Assembly: GCA_052142955.1 (NCBI GenBank)
Contig: JBKQVW010000099.1
Location: 5,881-69,880 of the forward strand
From: Acidobacteriaceae bacterium
GTDB taxonomy: Bacteria; Acidobacteriota; Terriglobia; Terriglobales; Acidobacteriaceae
Direction of reading: 5' to 3'
DNA: 64,000 nt
Shown one piece after another: positions 9,379-18,659 of the stretch. The number at the start of each line of letters is the position of its first letter. Within the stretch, counting starts at the first letter, position 1. The notes under the pieces are model-generated. The model saw only the letters and a program-made list of their open reading frames with translations, did no database searches and was not told the origin of the DNA. The translations under genes and the position numbers were made by a program.

Positions 9379-10176
9379 CTACCCGCGCGGGGATACGTCC
9401 GGCGCCGACCAGCGGCAGAGGGCAGCGACCAGGCCGGGAATCGTATATTCCGCAGCTTCGACGGCGGGTTCGATGCCGTGATGACGAAGCGTCTGGCTGG
9501 TAATGGGGCCGATGGACGCCGCAGCCATGGTGGCGGGCCAGGCGGCGATATTTGCTTCGTGCAGCAGACGAAAAAAATTCGTCACCGTCGAGGAGCTGGT
9601 AAACGTGACCGCATCCGGGAGCTGGCTGGGCGCGGCGAAAACGAGCCGCAACGCCTCGCTCGATGAGGCCGGAACGACGGTCTGGTAGGCATCGACCACA
9701 TCCACGGTAGCACCCGCCTGGCGCAGCTCTTCCGGAAGCACATCGCGCGCAACCTTGGCCCGCACCAATAAGACATTCTTGCCGCCGACCTGATCCCGCA
9801 GCGATTCCACCAGCGATTCCGCAATGGATTGTTTGGGAACTTCGTCGACGTGCAGGCCCATCTCTCCAAGACCGCGCGCAGTGGCCGGGCCGATCGCCGC
9901 AATCTTCAAATCGCCGAGCACGCCGCTGCCCACTCCCAGGGCCTTGAGCCGCTGCGCCAGTACGTCCGCGCCGTTCGCGCTGGTCACCACCAGCCACTGA
10001 TATTTTTTTGCGTTCCACATCGCCGCATCCAGAGAGGCGTAGGAATCGGGAGGAATGATTTCAATGGCCGGAATGGCAAGGACCGCGGCGCCGTTTTCTT
10101 CCAACGCTGTTGCCAGCGATTGCGCCTGGTGCCGCGCGCGCGTGATCAGGATCTTGCGCCCGGCGAGGGGTCTCAT
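9379..10176 (-). CDS. hemD: Uroporphyrinogen-III synthase
   Basis: 265 aa, HEM4-like two-lobed pattern. 4-nt overlap with the hemC stop places it last in the hem operon. Confidence 0.75.
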   Translation of the reverse strand: MRPLAGRKILITRARHQAQSLATALEENGAAVLAIPAIEIIPPDSYASLDAAMWNAKKYQWLVVTSANGADVLAQRLKALGVGSGVLGDLKIAAIGPATARGLGEMGLHVDEVPKQSIAESLVESLRDQVGGKNVLLVRAKVARDVLPEELRQAGATVDVVDAYQTVVPASSSEALRLVFAAPSQLPDAVTFTSSSTVTNFFRLLHEANIAAWPATMAAASIGPITSQTLRHHGIEPAVEAAEYTIPGLVAALCRWSAPDVSPRG

Positions 10177-11123
10177 CTGCTTGCATTTCCTGCCGGCGGG
10201 GCGATTTCAGCAGCGGCGAGAAATTCCGCGGCGCCGCGCGCCAGCAAACGATTAGCGAGGGTGCTGCCTGCCTCCTCGGCGGAGGAGTGTTTCCGGTCAA
10301 GTTCCATCTGCTCGCGCAAAATCTGCGATCCATCCGGGCGAGCGACCACGCCGGTCATCGTCCAGCCTTTTCGTGCCGGCGCGCAATAGACGCCGACGGG
10401 AAGATGACAGCCTCCGCCCAGGGTGGCCAGGGCTGCGCGCTCCGCATGTACGGCAAAGCGGGTGGGGGCATGGTCCAGCGCCGCAACGACCGAGCGGGTC
10501 GCGTTGTCGTCCGTGCGGCACTCGATGGCGAGCGCGCCCTGCCCCGCAGCAGGACACATGAGTTGCGATGAAAACAGCTGCTTCACATCGGCGGCCAGAC
10601 CGAGACGGTCCAGACCGGCAGCGGCAAGAATGATGGCGTCGTATTGACCGTCGTGCAGCTTGCGCAGCCGCGTATCGACGTTGCCGCGCAGTTCGCGAAT
10701 GTCCAGATCCGCGCGCAGCGCGCACAGTTGCGCCTGACGGCGCAGACTGCTGGTCCCGACCCTGGCACCCTGGGGGAGGGCTGAAAAACTTTCATACTGG
10801 ACGGACACAAATGCGTCCCGGGCATCCGCGCGCTGCGGAATAGCGGCGATGACGAAATGTTCCGTCAACTCGGTCGGCAAATCTTTCAGGCTGTGGACGG
10901 CGAGATCGATGCGATCCTCCGCAAGCGCCTCTTCAATTTCTTTGGTGAACATGCCCTTGGTGCCGACCTGCATGAAAGGGGCGTGCTGGACACGGTCGCC
11001 GGTGGTGACCAGAATTTCAATGGAGACTTCGTGGCCACATTGGCGCAGTTCGGCCGCAATGTGATCGGCCTGCCAGCGGGCCAGCGCGGAGCCGCGACTG
11101 CCAATGCGGATCACGGTAAACAA
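10173..11123 (-). CDS. hemC: Hydroxymethylbilane synthase (porphobilinogen deaminase)
   Basis: N-terminal IRIGSRGSALARWQ and cofactor-Cys region LGGGCHLPVG. Overlaps hemA by 13 nt. Confidence 0.9.
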   Translation of the reverse strand: MFTVIRIGSRGSALARWQADHIAAELRQCGHEVSIEILVTTGDRVQHAPFMQVGTKGMFTKEIEEALAEDRIDLAVHSLKDLPTELTEHFVIAAIPQRADARDAFVSVQYESFSALPQGARVGTSSLRRQAQLCALRADLDIRELRGNVDTRLRKLHDGQYDAIILAAAGLDRLGLAADVKQLFSSQLMCPAAGQGALAIECRTDDNATRSVVAALDHAPTRFAVHAERAALATLGGGCHLPVGVYCAPARKGWTMTGVVARPDGSQILREQMELDRKHSSAEEAGSTLANRLLARGAAEFLAAAEIAPPAGNASR

Positions 11124-12598
11124 TCCTCTTTGACGGAAACAGATTTCGGCGTGGATGAAGAGACAACGTCTGCGCCGGCGGTGGCATCGGGAGTTGGAAC
11201 GAATGCTGCGGTGTCAGTTCTCTCGACGGGCGCGGCGGCAGCGGGATGCTCGGCGCCGGTTGCATCCTCCTGTGTACCGGCGATCTCCGCTTGTTTCGCA
11301 TGGTGTTCCAGATCGAAAACGGTTTGAATGACAGCGAGGGTTTCGCGGTCGCCTTCCTGCGCGGCGCGCTTGATAGCTTGAATGGGCGCATGCTGCAGCT
11401 TGTGGACGAGCGAGCGGGTCATCTGTTCGACGGCCTGCAATTGCTCGCTGGACAACTGGGCGAGACGAGGGGCGATGCGACGCATTTCCCCTTGCCGGAC
11501 ATCTTCCAGGGTTTGCTGCAAGGCAACGATGGAAGGAACGCCATTGAGCGATTGCATGCGCTGCGCATAGCGCTCGACTTCCGCGCGGATGATGGCCTCA
11601 GCGTCTTTTGCTTCCTTGGCACGGCTGGACATATTGGACACGGCGACGGCCTGCAGGTCGTCGATGTTGTACACAAACACGCCTTCGACACTGTTGATCT
11701 CAGGATCGACATCCCGCGGCACGGCGATATCGATCATAAACATGGGCCGCTGCTTGCGGCGCTGCATATACTGCTCCGCGTGCTTCCGTTCAAAGATGGG
11801 TTTCTCGGCTCCGGTGGAGCTGACAATAATGTCTGCGGCGGCGGCGTACTGGTGCAGCAGGTCGTAGGAGATGGGCTGCACGATTGCGGATTGGCCGGTC
11901 GCGGACCCACTCTCGGCCCGCACGCCGGGAAACTTGCCGGCCAGCTCGACGGCGCGTTCGTAGGTGCGGTTGCAGACGTAGATGGTGCTGGCCCCATGCT
12001 GCATCATGCTGCGGGCGGCAAGTTCGCCCATCTTGCCCGCGCCCATGAGCAGCACGGTTTTCCCTTGCAATGAACCGAAGATTTTGCGGGCCAGGTCGAC
12101 CGCCACCGAGGCAATGGAAACCGAGGAGATGCCGATGCTGGTCTGGTTGCGCACCTTGCGGGCCACGGTAAATGCGCGTTGCATCAGCGGGTCCAGATTG
12201 TTGTTGACTCCTCCAATCGACCGCGCCAGGGTGTAGGACTCTTTTACCTGGCCAAGGATTTGCGGCTCGCCCACCACGAGAGAATCCAGGCTGGAAGCGA
12301 CGCGGAACACATGCCGGACGACTTCCGAGGCGCGGTATTCATACATGTACGGGTGCAGCGCGTCTTTATCGACAGCGAAATAGTTTTGAATGAATTCGAG
12401 CAGGTCGGCCTGCGCCGGCTCCTGATAGGTGAGGAACTCGACCCGGTTGCAGGTGGACAGAATCATCCCTTCGCGAACGCAGGGCACGCTCAACAGAGAG
12501 AGCGTGGCCTCTTGCAGGCGCGCGGCGGGAATGGAAAGCCTCTCCCGCACCTGCAAGGGAGCAGATTTGTGATTCACGCCGATGAGGACGAAGTTCAT
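11111..12598 (-). CDS. hemA: Glutamyl-tRNA reductase
   Basis: VNHKSAPLQVRE, catalytic-Cys motif STCNRVE, NADPH loop GAGKMGE. Has a C-terminal low-complexity tail. Confidence 0.9.
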   Translation of the reverse strand: MNFVLIGVNHKSAPLQVRERLSIPAARLQEATLSLLSVPCVREGMILSTCNRVEFLTYQEPAQADLLEFIQNYFAVDKDALHPYMYEYRASEVVRHVFRVASSLDSLVVGEPQILGQVKESYTLARSIGGVNNNLDPLMQRAFTVARKVRNQTSIGISSVSIASVAVDLARKIFGSLQGKTVLLMGAGKMGELAARSMMQHGASTIYVCNRTYERAVELAGKFPGVRAESGSATGQSAIVQPISYDLLHQYAAAADIIVSSTGAEKPIFERKHAEQYMQRRKQRPMFMIDIAVPRDVDPEINSVEGVFVYNIDDLQAVAVSNMSSRAKEAKDAEAIIRAEVERYAQRMQSLNGVPSIVALQQTLEDVRQGEMRRIAPRLAQLSSEQLQAVEQMTRSLVHKLQHAPIQAIKRAAQEGDRETLAVIQTVFDLEHHAKQAEIAGTQEDATGAEHPAAAAPVERTDTAAFVPTPDATAGADVVSSSTPKSVSVKEDCLP

Positions 12599-13416
12599 GG
12601 CGCGGGGAACCTATGGACGGTGCTGAACTGATTGGCGACCCAGACGGTGAGCGCCATAAGAAATACCAGCGACGAGAGATAGACGGCCCGCTTGCCGCGA
12701 AGGCCGGTGTGGCGGCGGACGTAGAGCATCCAGACGTACAGCACCCACATGCCGATGGAGAGCAGGACTTTGGGATCGAGGAAATAGGCCGCTCCCACGC
12801 TTTCCTGCGCGATCAATGCGCCGGCCAGCAGCCCGATCGTCATGCAAGGCAGGCCGACAACCAGGGTCACAAACGCGATGTGGTCGATGGTATCGAGAGG
12901 CGGAAGATGACTGAAAATGCCGCCGATCTGCTTGTTTTTCAAGCGCCGTTCCTGGATAAGATACAGCAGACTGGAGAGCAGACTGAACAACAATAATGTG
13001 TAGGCGACCAGAAGCAGCGCGATATGCAGCAGGATCCATCCATTGTGCATCCACTGGCTGGACAGAGGAGCGTGGTCGGGCTGGGCCGCGGGCAACAGCA
13101 GCAGAAGAAAAATGATGGGCAGAACAAATAAGCCGAAGGAGATGGCGCGATACCGCCAGTAAATTGCCAGGAATGTGATGGTAAGCAGGAGCGCGAACGA
13201 GGTTTCCACTTCATGCAGGCTGACCGGGACCCAGTGATGGGCCAGGCGCATCATTTCCACCAGCGCGACCAGGTGAAAGTAGAAAGCAGAGACGCAGACC
13301 GGGTGCACAAACTTGCGCCAGCGGTCATGTCCCGTCAAAACATCTGGAATGACCGTGAGGCTGGACACGCCGTAGAGAACCAGCGCGACCCGCAGCCAGA
13401 TGAGATACATTGCCAT
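12595..13416 (-). CDS. CcsA-like cytochrome c assembly-family membrane protein (HemX-type)
   Basis: 273 aa with about 8 TM segments. 4-nt overlap with the hemA start. Position is equivalent to hemX of Bacillus-type hemAXCD operons. Confidence 0.65.
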   Translation of the reverse strand: MAMYLIWLRVALVLYGVSSLTVIPDVLTGHDRWRKFVHPVCVSAFYFHLVALVEMMRLAHHWVPVSLHEVETSFALLLTITFLAIYWRYRAISFGLFVLPIIFLLLLLPAAQPDHAPLSSQWMHNGWILLHIALLLVAYTLLLFSLLSSLLYLIQERRLKNKQIGGIFSHLPPLDTIDHIAFVTLVVGLPCMTIGLLAGALIAQESVGAAYFLDPKVLLSIGMWVLYVWMLYVRRHTGLRGKRAVYLSSLVFLMALTVWVANQFSTVHRFPAP

Positions 13417-13723
13417 CGCTTAGAAAGCCGCTCCCTGAGAGAACGTACAAGTAAGTATATAGCTCAGCACAAACGACTTTACTGTGATGCAGGACACATG
13501 TGACGCAGAACACATAAGCTGTCGATGCCAGGACGCAGCCGATTTTCTTTGGGCGGGACACGGGAGATCCGGATGGGGGTGAGTTTCGGATGCTGTAGAT
13601 TGGTACACATCGTTCCCTGTGGCCTATCTTGAAAGGAAAGGCCGCCCATCGTTTTGCCGCGCCCAAATCCAGAGGAGAACCGCTCTGTCCGTGTCCAGCG
13701 CTAGCCCGAATGCGACGGTCGAA

Positions 13724-16345
13724 ATGGCCTCCACGCCGTTGATGCGGCAGTATGCCGCGGCCAAGCGGAAGTACCCGGACACGCTGCTCTTTTTTCGACT
13801 GGGCGATTTCTACGAGCTGTTTTATGAGGACGCCAAGACCGCGGCGCGGGAACTGCAAATCACGCTGACGTCGCGGGACAAGGAGCGGGCCATCCCGATG
13901 TGCGGCGTGCCCCACCACGCCGCCGATCAATACATTACGCGCCTGCTGCGGCTGGGCCATCGCATCGCCATCTGCGAACAACTGGAAGATCCGAAACTGA
14001 CAAAAACCATTGTTCGTCGCGAGGTGACGCGGGTGCTGACACCGGGCACGGCGATCGACCCGACGCTGCACTCGGAACAGAACAACTTTCTGGCGGCGCT
14101 GTGCTTCGATGGCTCGACCATTGGCCTGGCGTTGCTGGACAACTCGACCGGTGATTTTCGGGCGACGGAGTTTCGCGGCCGCGATGCACACGACGCCGCA
14201 ACGCAGGCCAGCGACGAACTGGCGCGCTTCCATCCGGCGGAAATTTTGCTGGCCGAGAATGCCGTAGGCGCCGCCGCGCACCTGGAAGATGCCTTGCGCT
14301 CCGGCACGGTGACGCATCTGGAGCCGTGGGTGCTGACCAAGGACTACGCGGTTCCGCTATTGGAAAATCATCTGGGAACGCGCGAGCTGACAGGGTTTGG
14401 CCTGGAAGGTCACACGGCGGCAGCGGTGGCGGCGGGCAGCATTTTGCATTATTTGCGCGCCACGCAACTGGGCCAGCTGGAGCACATCGATCGGGTGCGC
14501 TACTACGAACACAGCGGTTGCCTGCAACTGGATGCCGTGACGGTCCGCAACCTGGAACTGGTCGAACCGCTGATGGCGGATGCGCGCCGGCAGACGACGC
14601 TGTTCCACACGCTGGATGTGTGCCAGACACCGATGGGAAAGCGCAAGCTGCGGGCGACCATTTTGCGGCCACTTTTGGATTTGAAGGCGATTCACGAACG
14701 CCTGGACGGGGTGGCGGAGTTGCACGGCGATTTGCAGCAGCGCGAGCGAGTGCGCGAAAGCATTGGCGGCATTCTCGACCTGGAACGATTGCTGAGCCGG
14801 ATTTCGCTCGACAGCGCCGGACCGCGCGATTTGCTGGCGCTTGCCAGTTCGGCTGCGAAACTGCCGGCGGTGGCGGCTGGGCTGGCATCGCTTCAAGCGG
14901 CGGCGTGGAAGCGAATGCAAGCCTCGCTCGACTGCCTGGCAGACCTGCAGCAGGCGATTGCGACCACGCTGACAGAGCAGCCTCCGGTGCATTTGGAAGA
15001 TGGCGGAGCGATTGCCGCGGGAGTCGATGCGGAGTTGGATGAATTGCGATCGCTCAGTCTGAGCGGCAAACAATCGATTGCCGCCATTGAGGAGCGCGAG
15101 CGCCAGCGGACCGGGATTGGATCGCTGAAGGTCCGCTACAACTCGGTGTTCGGATATTACATTGAGATCACAAAATCGAACCTCGACCATGTTCCCGCGG
15201 AGTACGAGCGCAAGCAAACACTGGTGAATGCGGAACGCTTCACCACGCGGGAATTGAAGGAGTACGAGCGAAGCGTGTTGGGCGCGCAGGAGCGCTGCCT
15301 GGAGATCGAACGGCGCATTTTTCTCGAATTGCGCCAGACCATCCTGGCGGCGAGCGGGCGGATTCGCGCCACCGCGGAGACGATTGCGGAAATCGACCTG
15401 CTGGCGTGCTTTGCGCATCTTGCCGCGGCGCGGCGCTACGTGCGGCCGGAGGTGGACGATTCGGGCGTTTTCGAAGCGCTGGCGGCGCGCCATCCGGTGA
15501 TTGAATGGCACATGGAGCAGGCGTCGGAGGGGCGGTTCGTTCCCAACAGCATCTATCTCGATACAGAGGGGCCAAGTCTTCTGCTGCTGACGGGGCCGAA
15601 TATGGGCGGCAAATCGACGTACCTGCGGCAGGCGGCGCTGCTGGCGATTCTGGCGCAGATGGGATGTTTTGTTCCGGCGCAACGCATGCGTCTGGGAATT
15701 GTGGATCGCATCTACACGCGCATCGGAGCCAGCGACAACGTGGCCGAAGGCCGCTCCACATTTATGGTGGAGATGACGGAGACGGCTACGATTCTGCACA
15801 CGGCCACGCGGCAGTCGCTGCTGCTGCTGGATGAGATGGGACGCGGAACGGCGACCTTCGATGGCATGTCGCTGGCCTGGGCAACAGTTGAACATATCCA
15901 TGAAGTATTGTCTGCAAGAACATTATTCGCAACGCATTATCACGAGCTAACTATGCTTTCCGGATTGCTGCCCCGGCTGAAAAATCTGCGCGTGACAGTA
16001 CAGGAAACTCCCAAGGGAATTGTGTTTCTGCACGCGATTGAAGAAGGCGCGGCCAACAAAAGTTATGGGATTGAAGTGGCGCGGCTGGCCGGCATTCCGC
16101 AGGAAGTAGTGGTGCGGGCGAGAGAAATTCTGCGGCAGCATGAGCGTTCGGAAAAACGCGAGATTGAATCCAGCCGCGAACCGGATGTGCAGATGACGCT
16201 GTTCACTCCGCTGTCGCAGCGGATTGTGGACCAGATCCACGCGCTCGATCTGAATTCGCTGACCCCGATGCAGGCGCTGAATTTGCTGCAGGAGCTGCAA
16301 CAGGAAGTCCACGAAGGTTCGCCCGCGCTGGGGACCGAAGCATGA
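13724..16345 (+). CDS. mutS: DNA mismatch repair protein MutS
   Basis: N-terminal TPLMRQYAAAKRKYPDTLLFFRLGDFYELF and Walker A TGPNMGGKSTYLRQ. The ORF opens at GTG 13619, but ATG 13724 matches the family N-terminus. Confidence 0.9.
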   Translation: MASTPLMRQYAAAKRKYPDTLLFFRLGDFYELFYEDAKTAARELQITLTSRDKERAIPMCGVPHHAADQYITRLLRLGHRIAICEQLEDPKLTKTIVRREVTRVLTPGTAIDPTLHSEQNNFLAALCFDGSTIGLALLDNSTGDFRATEFRGRDAHDAATQASDELARFHPAEILLAENAVGAAAHLEDALRSGTVTHLEPWVLTKDYAVPLLENHLGTRELTGFGLEGHTAAAVAAGSILHYLRATQLGQLEHIDRVRYYEHSGCLQLDAVTVRNLELVEPLMADARRQTTLFHTLDVCQTPMGKRKLRATILRPLLDLKAIHERLDGVAELHGDLQQRERVRESIGGILDLERLLSRISLDSAGPRDLLALASSAAKLPAVAAGLASLQAAAWKRMQASLDCLADLQQAIATTLTEQPPVHLEDGGAIAAGVDAELDELRSLSLSGKQSIAAIEERERQRTGIGSLKVRYNSVFGYYIEITKSNLDHVPAEYERKQTLVNAERFTTRELKEYERSVLGAQERCLEIERRIFLELRQTILAASGRIRATAETIAEIDLLACFAHLAAARRYVRPEVDDSGVFEALAARHPVIEWHMEQASEGRFVPNSIYLDTEGPSLLLLTGPNMGGKSTYLRQAALLAILAQMGCFVPAQRMRLGIVDRIYTRIGASDNVAEGRSTFMVEMTETATILHTATRQSLLLLDEMGRGTATFDGMSLAWATVEHIHEVLSARTLFATHYHELTMLSGLLPRLKNLRVTVQETPKGIVFLHAIEEGAANKSYGIEVARLAGIPQEVVVRAREILRQHERSEKREIESSREPDVQMTLFTPLSQRIVDQIHALDLNSLTPMQALNLLQELQQEVHEGSPALGTEA

Positions 16346-17442
16346 AAACGAGCGCGCTGCGTCATCGCGTGGGATCGCTGCTGATCGTGGGCATCGAATC
16401 TACTTCCCTGTCGGCCCTGGAACTGGCGTGGCTGAACAGTGTGCAGCCGAGCGGAGTGATTTTGTTCCGCCGCAATATCGAGACCGCCGCGCAGGTGCAT
16501 GGGTTGTGGCGGCAGGCGGCATCGACGTTGACGCAGCCTTTTTTTCGTTGCGTGGATCTCGAAGGCGGCACGGTGGACCGGCTGCGCGATCTGGTGGGGC
16601 CAACGCCTTCCGCAGCAGAAGTAGCCGCAACGGACCGAACGGCCATTTTCCGCGCGCACGGAGTTTTCATCGGACGAATGCTGCACGCGCTCGGGTTCAA
16701 TCTTAATTTGGCGCCGGCGCTCGACCTGGCGTTGCCGGTTTCGCGCGGTGTGATGGGCACGCGCGTCGTCTCTGACGATCCCAGCAAGGTGATTGCGTAC
16801 GCCAGCGCATTTCTGGTTGGGCTGCAGCAACACAAGGTCCTGGGATGCGGCAAGCATTTTCCTGGGCTGGGCGGCGGAACGCTGGATTCACATCACGCCA
16901 CGCCGAGTATCGAGCGCACCTGGGAGCAGGTTTGGGAACAGGACCTGCAACCATACCGCGCACTAGCAGCGAAGCTGCCAATGATTATGGTGAATCACGC
17001 GGCCTATCCGAAGATTGAGCGGCCCGCACGACCCGCATCGTTGTCACGCTTCTGGATCGAAGAGGTGTTGCGCGGCAAATTGCGGTATCGCGGGCTGGTG
17101 ATTTCCGACGACATGGAAATGGGCGGCGTGCTGAACCACGCGTCGCCGGAGTCCGCCGCGATTGCGGCCATTGCCGCGGGGACGGACCTGCTGGAAATCT
17201 GCCATCGAGCCGACCGCGTACTGGCCACGCATGAGGCTTTGCTGCGGGAGGCCGAGCACTCGCCCGCCTTTGCGCGCTGTGTAAACCGGGCCGCAAAACG
17301 CGTCTCCGATGCGAACCTGCGGCTGCTGAGGGACTCTCCTCTGCCGAGAACGCTTTCCGCAGCAGGGTTGAAGCAATTGCAGAAGGCACAGGAGCGGTTG
17401 TGCGAGCAAGTCGCGCGCGCGGCTCCGGGGACAGCACGATGA
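16342..17442 (+). CDS. nagZ: Beta-N-acetylhexosaminidase (GH3, NagZ-type)
   Basis: GH3 motifs incl. KHFPGLGGGTLDSHH. 4-nt overlap with the mutS stop. Confidence 0.8.
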   Translation: MKTSALRHRVGSLLIVGIESTSLSALELAWLNSVQPSGVILFRRNIETAAQVHGLWRQAASTLTQPFFRCVDLEGGTVDRLRDLVGPTPSAAEVAATDRTAIFRAHGVFIGRMLHALGFNLNLAPALDLALPVSRGVMGTRVVSDDPSKVIAYASAFLVGLQQHKVLGCGKHFPGLGGGTLDSHHATPSIERTWEQVWEQDLQPYRALAAKLPMIMVNHAAYPKIERPARPASLSRFWIEEVLRGKLRYRGLVISDDMEMGGVLNHASPESAAIAAIAAGTDLLEICHRADRVLATHEALLREAEHSPAFARCVNRAAKRVSDANLRLLRDSPLPRTLSAAGLKQLQKAQERLCEQVARAAPGTAR

Positions 17443-18659
17443 AGAATTCTCCTAGCACGCGAGGTTCGAACCAAAAACAAATCCAACCGCTGACCGTTGC
17501 CGGAATCATGAGCGGCACTTCCGCGGACGGGATGGACGTGGCGCTGGTTCGAATCACGCCGATCCGCGGCTCCGCGGACAATGCTCCGCGCCTGAGATTG
17601 TTGGCACATGTTGCGGTGCCCTATCCGGCAGCGGTTCGCAGGGGGATTCTGCACAGGATGAATGCGGAGAACGCATCGGTCGCGGAGATGTCTCGGCTCC
17701 ATTGGCGGCTGGGACAGTTGTATGCGGACGCGGTGGAGTTGGCATTGAGAAAATATCCGATGCGGCTGGACCTGGTGGGCTGCCACGGACAGACAATCTA
17801 CCATCAAGGCGTTGCCCAGCCGTTTCTCGGCGGTCGCGTCGCGTGCACGTGGCAGATGGGGGAAGCCTCCGTCCTCGCGGCGAGGCTTGGCGTTCCTGTA
17901 GTGTCGGATTTTCGGCCTGCCGATCTGGCTGTGGGTGGACAAGGCGCTCCGCTGGTGCCGTTGCTAGATTACGTCGCGTTTCGTCATGCCACGCGCAATC
18001 GCGTACTGCAAAATCTTGGCGGGATTGCGAACCTGACCGTTATTCCAGCGGGCGCTTCGCAACAGGATGTTTTTGCGTTCGACACCGGTCCTGCAAACAT
18101 GGTGATCGACGCGTTGATGACGGAATGCTTTGGCAGAAAATATGATGCCGGTGGCGCGACAGCGGCGCGCGGGCGCGTGCTGGATTCACTCGTGCAGGCG
18201 TGTATGCGGGATAGATTTTTTCAGGCGGCGCCGCCGAAGTCGGCGGGCAGAGAACAATTCGGGCGCGAGTTTGCGATGCGATTTCTTCTGCAATGCCGGA
18301 AACAGAGCCAGCGGCCGGAAGACGCGGTCGCTACGGCGACGGCGCTGACGCCGCGCAGTATTGGACTGGCGTGGAGAGATTTTGTTGCTCGGGCGCTTGG
18401 CGATGCTCCGACCGACTATATTGTGGCCGGTGGAGGCGTGCACAACGCAACCTTAATGAAAATGATTCGCGAGGAATTGGCCAGCTTCGGGGAAATCCAA
18501 ATGAAGACGAGCGACGATTTCGGGATGCCAGCGGCGGCAAAAGAGGCGACGGCCTTCGCGCTGCTGGCGTATCAAACGTGGCATCGCTTGCCGGGAAACA
18601 TCCCGCGGGCGACGGGCGCGGAGCGGGTTGCGATCCTGGGAAAAATTACGTATGTGTAA
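17439..18659 (+). CDS. anmK: Anhydro-N-acetylmuramic acid kinase
   Basis: GIMSGTSADGMDVALV N-terminal motif. ATG 17439 overlaps the nagZ stop (ATGA). Confidence 0.85.
   Translation: MKNSPSTRGSNQKQIQPLTVAGIMSGTSADGMDVALVRITPIRGSADNAPRLRLLAHVAVPYPAAVRRGILHRMNAENASVAEMSRLHWRLGQLYADAVELALRKYPMRLDLVGCHGQTIYHQGVAQPFLGGRVACTWQMGEASVLAARLGVPVVSDFRPADLAVGGQGAPLVPLLDYVAFRHATRNRVLQNLGGIANLTVIPAGASQQDVFAFDTGPANMVIDALMTECFGRKYDAGGATAARGRVLDSLVQACMRDRFFQAAPPKSAGREQFGREFAMRFLLQCRKQSQRPEDAVATATALTPRSIGLAWRDFVARALGDAPTDYIVAGGGVHNATLMKMIREELASFGEIQMKTSDDFGMPAAAKEATAFALLAYQTWHRLPGNIPRATGAERVAILGKITYV

Noticed and set aside
13325-15901. Long ORFs (330 and 514 aa) antisense to mutS
   Set aside because: Both are Arg/Gln/Ala-rich with no motifs. 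The sense strand encodes an unmistakable MutS with a Walker A motif.
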